The position numbers and the translations under genes are program-made. The notes under the pieces are model-generated. The model searched no databases, had not been told where the DNA came from, and saw only the letters and a list, made by a program, of their open reading frames with translations. Shown piece by piece: positions 1 to 15,135 of a stretch of 64,000 bases of DNA. The first letter of the stretch is position 1. Every line of letters begins with the position of its first letter. The stretch is from Epiperipatus broadwayi (Eukaryota; Animalia; Onychophora): positions 15,190,001 to 15,254,000 of the forward strand of contig JAQFVV010000008.1 of NCBI GenBank assembly GCA_028023455.1, in the 5' to 3' direction.

Positions 1-3000
1 TCTCAGCACACTTAACATATTCTGCAATAATAATTTCTGTCAGTTTAGATTTTTTTTATCTTATTTTTATAATGACAGTAGTGATTAATTCTGATCAAAA
101 AAATAAATATTTTTTTTAGTAATCAATATGCAATTAAACTGAATATTTTATTTTTCAAAAATAAGAAAACTCAACTGACAATTAAATATGATTATTTATA
201 AAATTTGATTTCAAAATTATGAGATAATTGGAATTGTATTTAAAATACAGATTTGTTTAAAAGAATATTTAATTATTCAAAATGAAAATAATATCAGATA
301 CTTGACACATTCTATCTTAAAAATAATGCTGAGATAGAAATAAAAAAACTAATCAATGAAAATATAGTTTTTAAAACTTCCCCTAAGTTTATTTTATTGA
401 ATGTTTTATTTAAGGAAAAAGAAAATATAAAATTCATTATTTACTTAAATTTTATAGAAATAAATTAATAAGAGAGAAAAATCTTAGATTAAATTTTTGT
501 ATAGGAATAATAAAAAAAGAATCTTATATTGATATTTTCCTCCATAGATTTGAAAATAGAAGTAATAATAAACAAAATTAATTTGTGAAAAATTTATTTG
601 TGTTATGACACTTTATAGTTAGAATACTAAGAAATTTTTGTTCTAGCAATGATTAAAAATTAATGAATCAATTGATACATTTTATTATTATTTAACACAT
701 GGCTTTTTTTTTAGTTTAACTCTTAACAAAATAGCTTAAAGGAATTTGTAGAGATTCTAACCAGAAGATAGATTCCCTGTAATCATAAATTCAACAGTCT
801 TTATCTATATGATTATATAGTTACTGTTTGATCATATTTACATAGGGCAGTGGCTATTAAATTCCATTTATGAGGCAGGTAAGTGCAGTGACCATGGATT
901 GTGCGGACCTTATTGAAATTCCAGTTGCATCTAGGAAGATCATATTTACCTGACTTTATTGTTAGATCTGAAAAATAGAAGAAGTTTGTTTGGAACTTCA
1001 TAATAATTCCATTTTTTGTACCATAATTTTTCACTAGTAGATTCTTGGTCGATCGTCCAAAAAGAGGATCTTGATTTGAATCAAGTGTTAGACGGTAAAA
1101 CTATATCTTGAATTATTGGCTAGTCCAATCTGCTTAGCAGCTTTTTATATATGAGACACAATTTCTCTTTTGATATCTGGTGAAAAGAATCTGTGAAAGA
1201 ACATGAAGTCTTTGCAAAGAAATAGACTTGAGTATGCCAATAATATTTCTCATGGTTTATGTTGAATCCCTTCAAATTTAATGTAGGAACTTTTATTCCA
1301 GACAACACAGAATTTACCAGAATATTCTTGTGCTTAAGGAAACTGTTAATAAAAAACTTGCATAACATCTAGAAATAGTGCCTGGCACTTTTTAAAGGAA
1401 GTTATCCTTAGGGGTTAATTTAAATCTAATCTGAAAAATAAGTTAGGCTATGCTCAAGATTACAACTATTAGCAATGAGTATAATTATGTTTCATACTAT
1501 TATTACAAAGAATTATATTCAGAATACAAGATGATTCTCTGTTATGTAGATCAAAATTAAACATATTATTTTCATTGGATTAGGAATATGATATTAGATG
1601 AAAAAGATTTCCAATTTTTTATATTCTTATTGAGAGATTTTTCTATTTCGTGAAAGGACTTCTTATGAGAAATGCAATTTAATTTCCTGCATTCTGTATC
1701 TGGAAGATCATTAAATAAACCAGATGAGAGAATTGAGCCCTATGATAGACTGTTCTGTAAAATTTTGTATTCATTATGAATTGCTCTATTACAAAGCATT
1801 TTGTCAAGTAAATTTGTATTGTTTTCCTCTATTTGAAAATATTGGAAACTTTTAGATTATTTTTTTCCAAATAGAATCACAAGCTGAGATTAGATCAATA
1901 AAGATAGCACCAGTTTTTAATATATTTTGAAAACATTTTTTAGTATGAGTTATTAAAGATTAAAAATTATTCACAGCAACTTCTCTTTGCCCTAAAACCA
2001 GCTTTTTATAAACAGATGGTTCTCATCTATTGGCGCATAATGATTCTTATTTTAAAATTATTTTTGCTAAAAGCATTCTATCCAAGTTTAATTTTATGAT
2101 TATTTTCATCCATTATATTTTCATTTATATTAAATGGTATTTATAATTGTTAACTACATCTAATTGATTATAGTATGTCTGCCAATATCTATTATTTTTT
2201 GTTAAACTTTTGCACATTTATCACGGATAATAACACACTTAATACAATATATATTTTTAATATATGTTTTTACAATATAAATAATTTTATCATGCATGTG
2301 CATATCTATGATGCAATTTAGTTTTGAAATTATACATATTAACACATCATCAAAAATAAACAAAAAAAATTGAACAATGCAGTTGTGAAAAAACTGAATA
2401 TATAGAGAACACATTTACATGTATATATTTTGTTTTGTAAGCAAATTTTTGTGAGATGGATATGTGAATGTATTCACTCGATCATTCTTTCTCAAAAAAA
2501 AAAATAATTTTTTTTTATCATACACATTATTGAATTTGATGATAAAATGCAGAAGGTATAATAACTTCACAATATTTTTTTTAAGTTCATACAAATTTTT
2601 TGATATATATATAATTTTTAATTAATTTCAATAAATGGCTTCGTGTCATTATTTTAGTAAATCTTCTGCTAATGTTTTTGTATTAATTTTACACTTTTTA
2701 TTACAATATGTTACTTTTTACTGGAAGATTTTTTCTACTAAAGTCTTCTTATAAATTCAACATCTTTTAATGCAATCCATTATTTTTAAAATATTCTTTC
2801 TGTATGTATCTTCCACCTACAAATGTAATGTTTTTCAGTCATTACTAAATATTTATTAAAAACTGTTAATATAATTTTAGCGTAGCATGAATTTCTTTTC
2901 TCTCTCTCTTTTTTAAAACTATTTTGGAATTGATGAATCATTCATTTTTTATTAAATATCTGATCAGTTTATAATTTTTTTCTTTTTAAATTAAATTGTC

Positions 3001-4379
3001 TTCATGTTATCTAATAATTGAAATTTCATTACTTTTTTTATGGCTAAGAGATCTGCTGGTGATTGTAAAGACTGTCAGTGTAGTCTAGGGCAAAAAAGTA
3101 TTCTCCTAAAAAGAAGATTAAATAGATAAAAAAGTAAAAGAGAAAATTCTAATGCAATATATTTAGTAATTTTGAATAGCAGATATTTTTTAAAAAATTG
3201 TTCAAAATAAAGTCATTTTTTTAAATTTAATTTTGAGTGCACATTCTGGATTTTTTGTAAACTGTGTGAGTGTACTTGTTAAGCTCTTACTTGCAGATAG
3301 GTATTGTCAAAGTGACCAAAAATCTATTATACTGTAGTTAAAACAGTTGCTCTTGATGTGGGAGGAATGATCTTATGTAAAATAAGTACTGCATGATGGA
3401 TGTGACATTCTTATAAGGCATAGAGAATTTGTTCTGTTTTTATAGCTGAAAATTTTTTTTAGAGAATTTTTGCATATATATCTTTTTAATTCAGATGTCA
3501 AAAGATGTTAGTTGGAAATAGGCAAACGCTAGGTTAAGTAATTCTGAGAATCATTAGAATAACATAAATCTTTGAAAAATAGTTTTAAATGAAACTAAAT
3601 GATTCTAAAAAGAATAGAGACACTAGAAATCTTAATTTTTTTGATAGAATAAAAAGAGAAAACATTTGGATATTAAATCTCATTGAAAATGCTGAAAATA
3701 AAAACATTAACAAAAATAGTTTTAAGAACTTTACCTCTGCATGAGATATTAATATTGTTAAACAAGTTTCTATAGCTGAAAACCAGTCAGGGAAGATAGA
3801 AAACAACCTAAGGAACATTATAGATACAAAAATTAATCATAAAATTAAGAAAGAAAGAAATCCTAGTGTTAAATTGTTCATAGGAATAAAGTTATGATAT
3901 CGTTGTGTTGAACAGGTCGAATAAATTATTTTGAATTTTAATTCGATCTCAATTTTAGAATTGAACATTATAGATTATGACTTAAGCTATCTTCCTGCAC
4001 AAAAATCAAGTTTCACCAATGATCACAACAGAAGTTATTAGCCCATTTCCGGTGTGATTGGGGCATCACAAAAATAAAAATTTTCAAATCAACACAGAAT
4101 TACAATGAAATGATTCCTCAGCAAAAAACAAACAAACAATGATTTAAAGGCAAAATTAGTACAAATGATGTTTTAGACATAAGCAGAGACATTGAAGCTA
4201 CAAATGATTCATCCTCTTTTAGTTATTTCAAGCTTTAACAATAAACTTTCAGATTAACTGAATCCTTGATTCCTAATCAAGACCTAGAATTCAATCCAAA
4301 GAAGCAGAATCCAATTAGTATCAACAAATAATAACCATAATGAACCCTGAGGGACTTTATAGTTGGGTAAATTGAACAG

Positions 4380-4930
4380 GTATTGTGAACATTTGCAGAC
4401 ACAGGAGGTTGATAATGATTACAAACAGACTTTCAGCTCCATTGACCTCAGTGTGCTAGGTGATATGGACAAATGGTGTGTATTCATGGTGTGCAAGTAA
4501 ATCTGGCTTGATTCCAGACTACATTAAATCCAACTGTTGCATTGGTGAGCACGGGTCTGCACTCGTCATTTCTTTCACAGGGGTTGATGATGGCAGTCAT
4601 TGGGGGTCTGTTTTTGTGGGTGCGGGTTGTTGACAATTATTGCCGCTTCCAGAAAACCTGCTGGGAGGGTACAGGGTCAAAGTTTTCAGCACCTTTACTG
4701 CTCTGATGGGCTGCTGCGCTCCCTTGATGGATTGTTCTTGGGCAGTGCAGATCTGTGCTCGTCCATATATAGATACATATTGAGTAAGGTTATACAACCC
4801 TTTTGTGGATATGTTTTTTTATCGAGCGTATGTTACTTTGTTTTTACCTTGTAACATTGAACACTGTAATATCATGTAGCTGGTGATCAGTCACCTGTGT
4901 TTTTTTTTTACCTTAATAAAAAATAAAAAA
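4380..4930 (+). mobile_element. Possible decayed LINE 3' end
   Basis: GC-richer island with a broken frame (KWCVFMVCK*IWL) ending in AATAAAAAATAAAAAAAAG at ~4915-4933. No diagnostic motif. Confidence 0.3.
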
Positions 4931-7900
4931 AAGATGTTAGTTAGTTGCCTTTGACTGATAGCAACTATTATTTATTTATTTAATGTTGGTATGTTATTGT
5001 ATATTTCTAAAATAGTTGTCTGAATAAATGAGATAAGGAGGCAGTATATGAATAAAAATTTTATACTAGATGGCAATGATATTTGAATAGAGAAATGTGA
5101 TGATAAGTTTGAGCTTTTTTATTGATTAATAAGTTTGTCTATATAACGCTAGTTTAAGATAATTAGCAACTATTTTATTCTTCTCTTTTAGAAAGCAGAT
5201 TATATTTTCTAATTTTTTGGGTATAATTATTATCATTGTAACATTTTAAAAAGATATTAATGAATGTACTGTCAGATTTTAAAAATGTTTTTATTGTAAG
5301 TTGTTTGATGTTTATGGGCAATATATATTTGATAATCCTTTTGGTTTATAATGTAGCTAATAATATTCACTATATTAAATTCTTTTTTAATGCAGTGAAC
5401 ATATGAAAAATTTCTCATGGCAACATTGGTGATTAGAATGCTTGAATTATCATTATAATGAAAATTTAATTTCATGATTTATTCTTAATCATAATTTTAT
5501 TTGCATTTGGATTTCATGTGGCTTAAAAGATTATATTATTGAGAATGAATTTATGCTGTGATCATTCAAATGAGCAGGAATGAATTTAGTACTTGAATTT
5601 TTTTCATTAATATATTAAGATGAAATTTTTAAAAATATTGTTTAAATTATTAAATGCATTTACAGTGCAGGGCATTTTCTTCAAAAGACAAAATTAAAAA
5701 ACAATATGATAAACTATTACATGTACTATTGAAATTAATGCTATTTTCTGAAGTATATTCAAAAGTCTGATATATTGGTTTTTTTTTTAGCAGTTGTCTT
5801 TTGAAGAGAGTGCTTTATATCAAAAATGCATTTAAGAATTTAAATAAGTACTTTTGAAATTTTTGCTTCATGCAAAAAATATTTATATTAATGTGTAAAA
5901 TTATTACAGTATAAATATTAGATTTTTTTTTAATAATTTTAATCAAGTATACTGTTAGTAAATTAAAAATATATATAAATCATATAAAGAATTTTATTTA
6001 ATTGAGTAAATTGATATTTTTATACATATTTTTTTTATTTTAGCTGGAAATCAGCCCAGAAATCTAGCTCTTAAATCTGCTATTATCATTTCTCAGGGCT
6101 CAGAGTTTTAAACAAATTAGTTTGTTTTATAAAAGAGAATCGTAATAATGGTTTTTTTAGGAAATCATTATGTATAAAATTTTATTACGATAGGATAGCT
6201 GGTATAAGTTGAAATCTTCAATAATTATAAGTCTTGGTTTTGTAATTAGATAGTCTAGAGCAGCAGTTACTAATTTACATTAATTGTGGCATTTTTTTCA
6301 GCTTGATAAAAAAATGTAAAATCCTGACAATTTTTTCTTATTATAAATAAAACAAATCAAAAATATTTATTGAAAAATATATATATAAACATTTAATAAG
6401 AGAATCAAAAGTATTAGCAATTTTATTGTAATTAATGTGAATGATAATTTTTTTTTTCCAGTATTCTTTCAAACTTGAATTTAATTGTGGACAGTTGAAT
6501 TTTCATATCACAAATAGCATCCTGCTTCTAGATTTTTCTATTATTATTATTATTATGCTTTTAAGTCACACCAAAACTAATTTAATGAAACTTGATTAAA
6601 CTTATATTTAGCTGTTTGATGTTATATTCTGAAATAAAAAGATTTTTTGTTTTCCTTTAATGCTGAATGGATTGAAGAATAGTAAAAGAATACATTGCTG
6701 TGCATAGCTTAATGAAGTGCTAGAATAGCAGCTCTAGCTCAAAGTCCAAGAATAACAACTCTTGCTATATCATTTCTAAGTCTCAAACTTCATATGAACT
6801 CCTGAGCAATAAATCATTTGCTTATTTAAGGAAAGTATTCATTTAACACCACAATTGTTATTTTTGAATGAAAAATAAATTTTTTAATTTTCTCATTAAT
6901 TTATTGTTTGATTTCTATAAAAAATCATTTAAAATAACAAATAGAGTATTATTATACTATACTGGTAGATTTCTCTACTGTATTATATCCTCATTACATC
7001 AAGTCATAAAAACAAAAAGGGAAACAAAAAGTAAATATTGTTCACCATTTAGAAGTATTCGATTTCATATCATGGCTTATCTAAAAAACAGTGAGGAGTT
7101 GAAAAGAAAGATTATAACTAGCTTTTGCCAATCACTTGCTAAATTAATATATAAAGAAGACAGCATTATGGAGCTAATAGAACAATGGTTATTTACCTGG
7201 ATTGAAGATCTCTATTGGTTGCAGGTATGTGCAAATGTCAATTTATTTCTTATCCAGGGAAAGGCTATTCACTAGGAGTCTAAAAGAAGCATAGCAGAAT
7301 GTAAAAATTTTTATATATCCAACAGTATATCAATTTCAAAATCATTAAGAATTTAAAATTATAAAAATTCAAAAAGAATGTATAAGTTTTAATATCATGA
7401 ATTTTCAAAAAATAACCCAGACAACTCCTAAAACTTTCACATTTTGCGCCATATTGGGGTGCTGTGTTCCATTTCACTGCACATGATGTTTTCAGGAGAT
7501 GTGACAAAATTAATGATGGAAGAATTGAATGTAAGTATTCAATTCACTCATCTATCACTAGATTCCATGATTTTGTTTTCTACAAATGCTAGCTATGCAG
7601 GTCCCTTCTCTCTTTAAGAAATGTAGAATATTAATAATTTTTGAAACTTTGTTTAAATAAATGTTTCATATAATTTAAACTATTTATTAAAACTCACAAA
7701 TTAATTTATTGTAAAAACCCAAATTTTATCAGGGGAGAATCTTAAGTATTTGGTGTAACACAAATTGGAAACTATATCTTTAGTTTGGTCACCTGAGTAA
7801 ATTAAATCTTATGTACATTTCACATGGTGAAAAGAATAAGGTATTAAAATAGCAATGCCAGAAGTATAGAGTAGAGCCTATTATAGTTTCACAGTTATGA

Positions 7901-10900
7901 TAAAAAACAATATCGTGAATAGAATGTTTATATATATGTGGTATATTAATTTTGATTTTTGAGGTCATTCTAAGATATATAGATTTATATACAGGCTTAT
8001 TTTGATTCTTTAATAATAAATATTTTGTCACTAAATATAGGATCTGAGATATTTAGCATAATAACTAATAGCTGCCCTGTGTTCATTAACAAATTTGTAA
8101 TGAGTTTGTATATATTTTTGGTTTTTTTTTTTTTTTTTTTTTTTGCAGAGATCTGGAAAAGATTGGATTGGTTAAGATTTGGAATCTTTAATTTGAGTTT
8201 TACTATCGAGAGCTTTCACATACACTTATCATTTGAACATGTATATGATACAAAATGACCTGGCAAAAAAATTAAGCATGAGATATTATTGATTTGAACT
8301 TAAGACTGAACTTGAAGCTATTTGTATAGATTTTTTAATCACTATTTTATATGGTGAGTCATTTTTAATTCTAAATCATTAGTTGTTTCTTTGGGAGTAT
8401 AGATTCACTATTCAAAAATTAAAATGCATTTGAATGGACATTTGGATAGTGTAATGGATAAAAGAATAGAAGATTTTATCTTGCCTTGCTTCTATATATT
8501 GACTGATGGGAAGTATAGTGGATTGTCATTGATAAATACTTTTTTCCATTATGTACTTTTGATTGATGGATGTATGGTGGATTACAGGCATCAATAAATG
8601 CGTCTTTTCAGTATGTGATTTTATGCTGAATGTGCAAAATAATTGTCATGAAAGAGTTTTGTAAGGAAGATTTTGATTAATATTGTTTTGTTTTTTGTAT
8701 TAGGATTTTAATTTAGAAGAATTAATTAATCTTTGTGAAAGTTAATCATTAACACTGGTGATTTTATTAGACTCAGGATTAATATAAAGCAGAGGCTTAA
8801 AGATTAGAATGCTATGGGATTTTTTTTAAAATAAACTTTGACACTATTTATTATAATTTATATTATAGTTTGTTGTTTTTTGTTCTAGCAATGAAATTAA
8901 TAATACATTTTTGGCAATAGAAGATTTCATTATAATTGATAGTATAGGTTTTTTTTTTTTTTACTCTAATATGAAACTATAATAGAAGATTTTTTCATTG
9001 GTGAGATTTGTTTTTGAAGTGGCTTTTATTTTGACATTTACTTAAATGATGATAAACTTAATTTTAAAGTAATCTATTTTTGACTCCTTACCAATAAATA
9101 GTAAATAAAATGCTTTTCCAATTATAAATTATGCTTCAATTAATTTACAGCATAGAAACTTTGTTTTATCAAAATCACAATTAAGAGAAATGTTTTTAAA
9201 GTTAAGAATGTGAAACATTCCTTACTTTCACTGTATAATTTCATGTATAATTTGCTAAATTTTTATTTAAAAAATGAAAAAAATTGATCCTGCAGGGAAA
9301 TGTATATGATCAAAAATGGAAATAAAAGTTCATATTATGCTCTCTTTTTTTTCGATATAAATTATAAAAAGCAATAAAAATATATACAACAGCTATTCTA
9401 GAAAATATATATTAATTATTAATATGTATTTTTATAATAACTGTTTTATAATATTTTTATTATCTTTTATATATATATATAATAAATGAATAATAAATAA
9501 CTAAATATTTTTTTAAATTTTAGATATTTATTTATCTCGGTGAATGTATTCTGTTGTTTGTGGGCTAGTTTTATATATTTGTATACTGGATTAGGCCTAT
9601 TTGATGTTGTGAAATATAAGTGTTTTTTTTTTTTTATTAATAGAAACAAAAAAAAAATGTTAAGGGTTATTTGACAAGAAGATGGCATCAATTTCATGAG
9701 CATTTGAAGAAATATATGACCTGATTTTTTTAAAAAGATAAAATTATTAGTTTCTGATTAATTGTTTAATGTTTCAAAATTAATAAACCTCAAAGATTAG
9801 AATTGCATTTACTAAAGACAAAGAACCAAACTTTCTAGGAGCAACTGATAGGCACCAATAAACATTATGAAGAATTGTAGTCACAGAGAGTAACATGAAC
9901 ATTTAACTATTAATCGAAGCAGTCTTTTGTGAGCTTTATTTACAAGAAGAACATTTTTGACAGAGTTATTTCATAATCTCTATATTCTTATGAGATTGCT
10001 AAAACATTGAAGCAGTATTAGTAGTATGCCATGTGATTGAATGAATTATCTTTAATATTTTCTTAACTACTGAATGCTAAAAGAAGATCATCAACTATAT
10101 ACCATATTGGCCAAATACATTATTGTTTTGACCCAGAGATTACTGTACATAGTACACTATTTTTGTAGACTTTTTGAACAATTTGAGGAACTATATTTAT
10201 TTTATAGTGTGTTATTACAATGCTATTGTGAGTATTATCAACTTGAAAGATAATAAAACCAACATAATTAAGCATTGTTTTGAGAATATGCAATGATTAA
10301 CATCTTCCATATCGTTATCAGAAAGATAGTTTCTGTATTAATGTATATATTTGTATAACATAAATTTCTAATTGAATTTGTATTTGGTTATTATCACTAC
10401 TGAGAATTTATTTATTCTTTTATAATTATGAATATTCAGTTCACAGTAATAATCATTAAATTAGTATTTTCAAATGTTATGGATCAATGATTCAAGTTTC
10501 TTTTCAGTTGCATTTCAAAATTATCATTTTTCTTTTTTTTTTAAAGAATTTTATCATATGTCATAATCAAAATTTTTGCAACACAATAATCAAATATTGT
10601 ATACTGCAAATTTATAAATGACCTTCCAATAACCTAATTGTATTCATTTATAACCAGCACTTTCTAAATGAATGAACTGTTAATAAGGCATTAAATTCAA
10701 TTAATAACTAGTTTTATTGCAACAATTATAAGTTGAATATTCAAATGTAAATAACTTTAAAAATAACTATGTCATTGACTTATATAATCTTTTTTTCTTT
10801 GAACTGTTAATTTATATATTTGTATTATTTTTATTACATTGTGATTTATAAAAATACACACTTTAACATATATAAACATAAAGTAGGACAATGACATTAA

Positions 10901-12189
10901 GTTCATGATTAAAGTTTATATCTATGTATCTATATAATAATAAATAACCTGCTATAAATGTGATAAAATAATAATTTAATAATTCAAGAAATGATAGCAT
11001 TGGTATTTGTTGAAAAAATGCATTTAAAAAAAAAAATCGGTATTTGTTTAAAAATAATAATTTAAATGCATATAAATAACTTTGATGTTAGTAGATATTT
11101 GTACTTTTTTATAATGTACATATATACTTATTTATGTATATGTTCTTATATAATATAAATGCAAATACACATTTGTTTAATCTAGTATAAATACAAAATT
11201 AACCCATAAATACAATTTTTATATTAAAATATATTATTTTTTCACAAATAGTCGTTTCCTTTTACTAAATTTCTTTTTACATTGCAATTGTTCTTTTACT
11301 GTCAATTGAATCTTTCATTCCTCATTTCTTTTTTAATCCTAATTATTTCTCAACAGCTCTTAGTTGCATGGGTAATTAAACTAATTTCTCAGAGATCTTG
11401 CATTTTATTTCATTAAGTTTTCCTCTATTTAAATTGGATTTATTGTGAAAAAAATTTTTATTGACCAGATATTCTGATTGCTAAATCACATATATTTGTG
11501 GCAAGCTATTATGCACAATCTTTCTAGGAATTGAATTCAATGTCATAAAACCACTTATCAAATCAGAGTAAATATTCAACCACAGACCTAAATACCAGTT
11601 AGTGAGCACAAATTTCTGTGTGGCATGATTTTAAAGGGCAACTTGGGCTGCATGAATTAATGGGTAAAAAGGTTTAATCTATTATAATAAAATGATCCAA
11701 AATGAATAGTAGTCAACAATCCAAGTTAATAATACATTTTCTTTAGAATTATTTTTTTATCATTATTTTAACTTATCTGTGCTAAATAAAGATGAAATAG
11801 ATTTCAATCATTATTATTGACACAGCATCTTAATTATAATGTAGTGATGATTTACAATTAGTCTTTCAGAGAGAAAAGTTTGCATTAATAGATACCATCA
11901 CTAGATGCCAAATAAACAAACTAAAGGTTTAGGTTGACCATATTTGTTTAAAATGTTTATTAATAATGATGATATTATTAGATTTATTGATATGTGTTAA
12001 ATGTTCTGCCCAAATGCATGTAGAGAAACTAGACTATAGAATACATCAGTAATCATTGTAATTGTTTACCATTCCTTATTATTCTCTTAAGCTTCATTCT
12101 AGCATATTTTGCATCCACTATGTTTTTTTTTTTTAAAAAAAACAAAAAAAACAATTTATTTGCTTTCATAAATATATAATCTTTTGCAA

Positions 12190-12420
12190 TACTTATCATC
12201 TTTTTCAGCCATTGTCAAATCACTTCTGGATGAAGGTTTCTTCAAGTTTAATCGAAGTACTTTAGTCCCTAGCTACTCTTCTTCACTTTTCAACAGAAAT
12301 TTCCTTATCCATTCACCTCATGTATAATCTCCTTATAGATTTTTTAGTCTTTTGAATCCAGTTTAGGATTTCACTTATCCATTTATAGTCATATATTTTT
12401 GCAGCATATCTAATTTCCTC
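12190..12420 (-). mobile_element. Decayed 3' end of an RTE LINE related to the 26.6-kb element
   Basis: CTGGATGAAGGTTTCTTCAAGTTTAAT...TTTGAATCCAGTTTAGGATTTCA aligns by eye with 26638-26800. Confidence 0.6.
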
Positions 12421-13838
12421 TATATCAATTTCTTTTTTATCCATATCTTTTTGTTTTTGATTACTTATTATTAATTTCAAAGTATAGTTAACCTTATTTC
12501 ATTTTGTAAATTGTAACCTTTGAATTACTCTTTTACTAGGCATCAAAGTCTCGTATCATAAATAAGCACTACTAGAACTTATTTATTAAAATTTTCTTTT
12601 CCAAGAACATAAGTATATTTCTTTTAATATTAAATTACTAACTTTAATTTTTTTAATAATTTTAAGCATTATATTTTTATATGTATTAATTTGACTTAGT
12701 TATTTGTATTAACTTCTTTTAATTAATTACTATTAACTTGCCTTTTTTTTTATGTCAAATCAATATTATTTTAGGTTTTTATATTTATCTATAGGTTTAC
12801 TATAGCTTTTATAATATTTTCTGCAGTTTTGAAACATCATTTATGACAACAGCACTGATCACCAAAATCTAGATGATCTAAGTAGTCTTCATTTATTTTT
12901 TATTTTCCTTTTTTTTTTTCATTTTAATTGCCAAAATACCTTGTGGAAAAAAATTTGGAGAGATAGAATCATTGATGGACTCTCCTATCAATATTAATAA
13001 TTCTAATAAATGTCTTATATAGAGCTGAATTCAACTTTCTATTATCTTTCATTATTCTTTCTATCATAAGGTATATTTCTTCTAATATTCAGTTGTAAAT
13101 GGGCCATTTCTAAATATTTTAAATATTTTTTTATATGAAAGTGGCTATTTGACCATTATCAAGTAGTATTTCTGGCAGTTTTTTTTTTTTTTTTAAGTCT
13201 TTGCCTTTATTCACCAACTGCTCTTGTAGACTTCAAATATGAAATTCAATTTATTTTTGACCATTATAAATATAATTATATAAGAATTCACATATATACA
13301 TACATTCTGCCTATAAAAATCCAACTATATTTAAGTTATGGACTCATATTTTTGAAAAGAAAAATTATCTTCAATTCAGAGCAATATCCAATAAACTCAT
13401 TACTGTGACTGATTCATATGTGTTTGTGAACAATCCTTCTCACTTGATAATATCTGCTACAGTAACAAAAATGTATAAGATGACATTAAATTCATCCTAC
13501 ACAATTTTTTAATGTTTCTGCGCAAAATCAATGCCTCTCCTTTAAATTAATTGCAAACTTTTTGCAATCTTTGCAAAAATATCTGCTTTTATACTTATAT
13601 TAATATTTGTTTTATCTCAAATTGAAGTTCTGTTTGTATTCACTTATTAAATAGTATGTTTTATACAAGTATAAATATACATTGTTATTATAATATTTTT
13701 TAATTAATGGATATTTTATTTGTAAATATAAATGTGTGTATTTTTTTTTTTTTTTTGCTTATTTTACTTTATTATATGGAAATTTTATCTTTTTTTATTA
13801 ACTACATATAATTTTATTAATTTTTTTTTTTTTTTTAG

Positions 13839-13966
13839 ATGAAGTGGACATTCTTGGTTACCATAGTGACCAAAGTGATACTGATGACCATAGCAGCATT
13901 CAGAGTAATGTCAGTGATGGTGGGTTCACTGTAACTTCTAAGAAGATGGCACTAGTGAACTTGTAA
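13839..13966 (+). CDS. MXI1: Terminal coding exon of a Max-dimerization (Mad/Mxi1, MXD-family) transcriptional repressor; upstream exons not found in this window
   Basis: Long poly-T tract plus AG acceptor (13837-38). The phase-1 exon reads (D)EVDILGYHSDQSDTDDHSSIQSNVSDGGFTVTSKKMALVNL*. SDTDDHSSIQS..SDGG resembles the MXI1/MXD1 C-terminal SDIDDHSSLPSIGSDEG segment, recalled from family knowledge. The symbol is a family-level assignment only. Confidence 0.82.
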
Positions 13967-15044
13967 TCATTTGGAGTTTGTCATGTACCACCGCATATCC
14001 CGCAGTGCAAGACTGTGGCCTAGCCTGGGTTTAGACAAATTAACAGACATCTACCAATCCCCTTTTTTTCATTGAATATGACCATTTTGTCTAAGTTCAA
14101 GTCCTTCATTTTTGTATGTTTTTTTTTTGATTTATTACATTATTAATATATATATATGTATATTTTGTTGTTAAACACAAAGTTTATTCCATTTTTTTAT
14201 ATGTTTAAATTATATTTTTTGATAGACATATTTTCTTCTAAAGCTTCCACATTGTTGGTAGCTGATGCTTGCTTTGTTTTGAAAAGGGGGGAGGGAAGCA
14301 TGTTTTTGCCTTTTTTTAAAAAATTATTATTATTATTATTATTTTGCATGACTGATTTTACAGACATCTTTCCTGTCATTAGAGAAAGATGGTATTTCAA
14401 CCATATTTGTTTAAATAATTATCAGTATTAGTATCAAAAATCAGAAAAATAGCATCACTATCATGATTTCACATACTTTAGAGATAGTCTGTCAGTAGAT
14501 CAAATTTGGCATGGATGGATCCCTATTTCTAGCATAATGAATGTTAGAGAAGGGAAATATTTATAAAATATGTATATATATATAAAAAAAATCATTGAAT
14601 GGTTCATGATTAATGGAATAAAATGATTTTTAATTAAGGAATGTTAAAAAAAAATTATGATTCTATAGAATTTAAATATTCTATATAAAATTTAGAGAGT
14701 AAAAAAGAAATTGCAAATATTTTCATTGTGATATTAGTTACAAAAAGAGATGCCTTTTTTTTTTTTTTTTTTTTGAGGAAAATATATATTTTATTTTAAA
14801 TGAAAAAAAAAAAAGGAATAATAAAATATATTTGAACTTTTTGAATGTAATAACATTTAAAAAATGGAAAATTTTGGATCGTTGCTATTTATATATATAT
14901 ATACACACACACGCAAGAAATGAAATAGAAATGATTGTAAACTTGGCTATATTTTTTAAGAATATATTTTTTTATTTATTTATATTTTTTTTGTGTGTGT
15001 ATATCTATGTGTGTGACTGTGATAATGAAAAGACAAATAGCCAT

Positions 15045-15135
15045 TAATATATATATACTTGTATGAGTGTGTGTATGTATATATATGTGTGTGTGTGTGT
15101 ATAAGAATGTAAATGTATATATACATATATTTTTG
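15045..15135. repeat. Compound (TA)/(TG) microsatellite tract, possibly within the MXI1-like 3' UTR
   Basis: ATATATATAC...GTGTGTGTATGTATATATATGTGTGTGTGTGTGT. Confidence 0.8.

Noticed and set aside
6044-6111. Strong acceptor with a phase-1 frame GNQPRNLALKSAIIISQGSEF* as an alternative MXI1 last exon
   Set aside because: No homology, and poly-T-AG sites are common in this AT-rich DNA.
6868-7275. 135-aa ORF ending at a CAG|GTATGT donor
   Set aside because: Low-complexity N-terminal half, only a faint Tc1/mariner-like AYLK..EELKRKI resemblance, and it does not fit the MXD gene.
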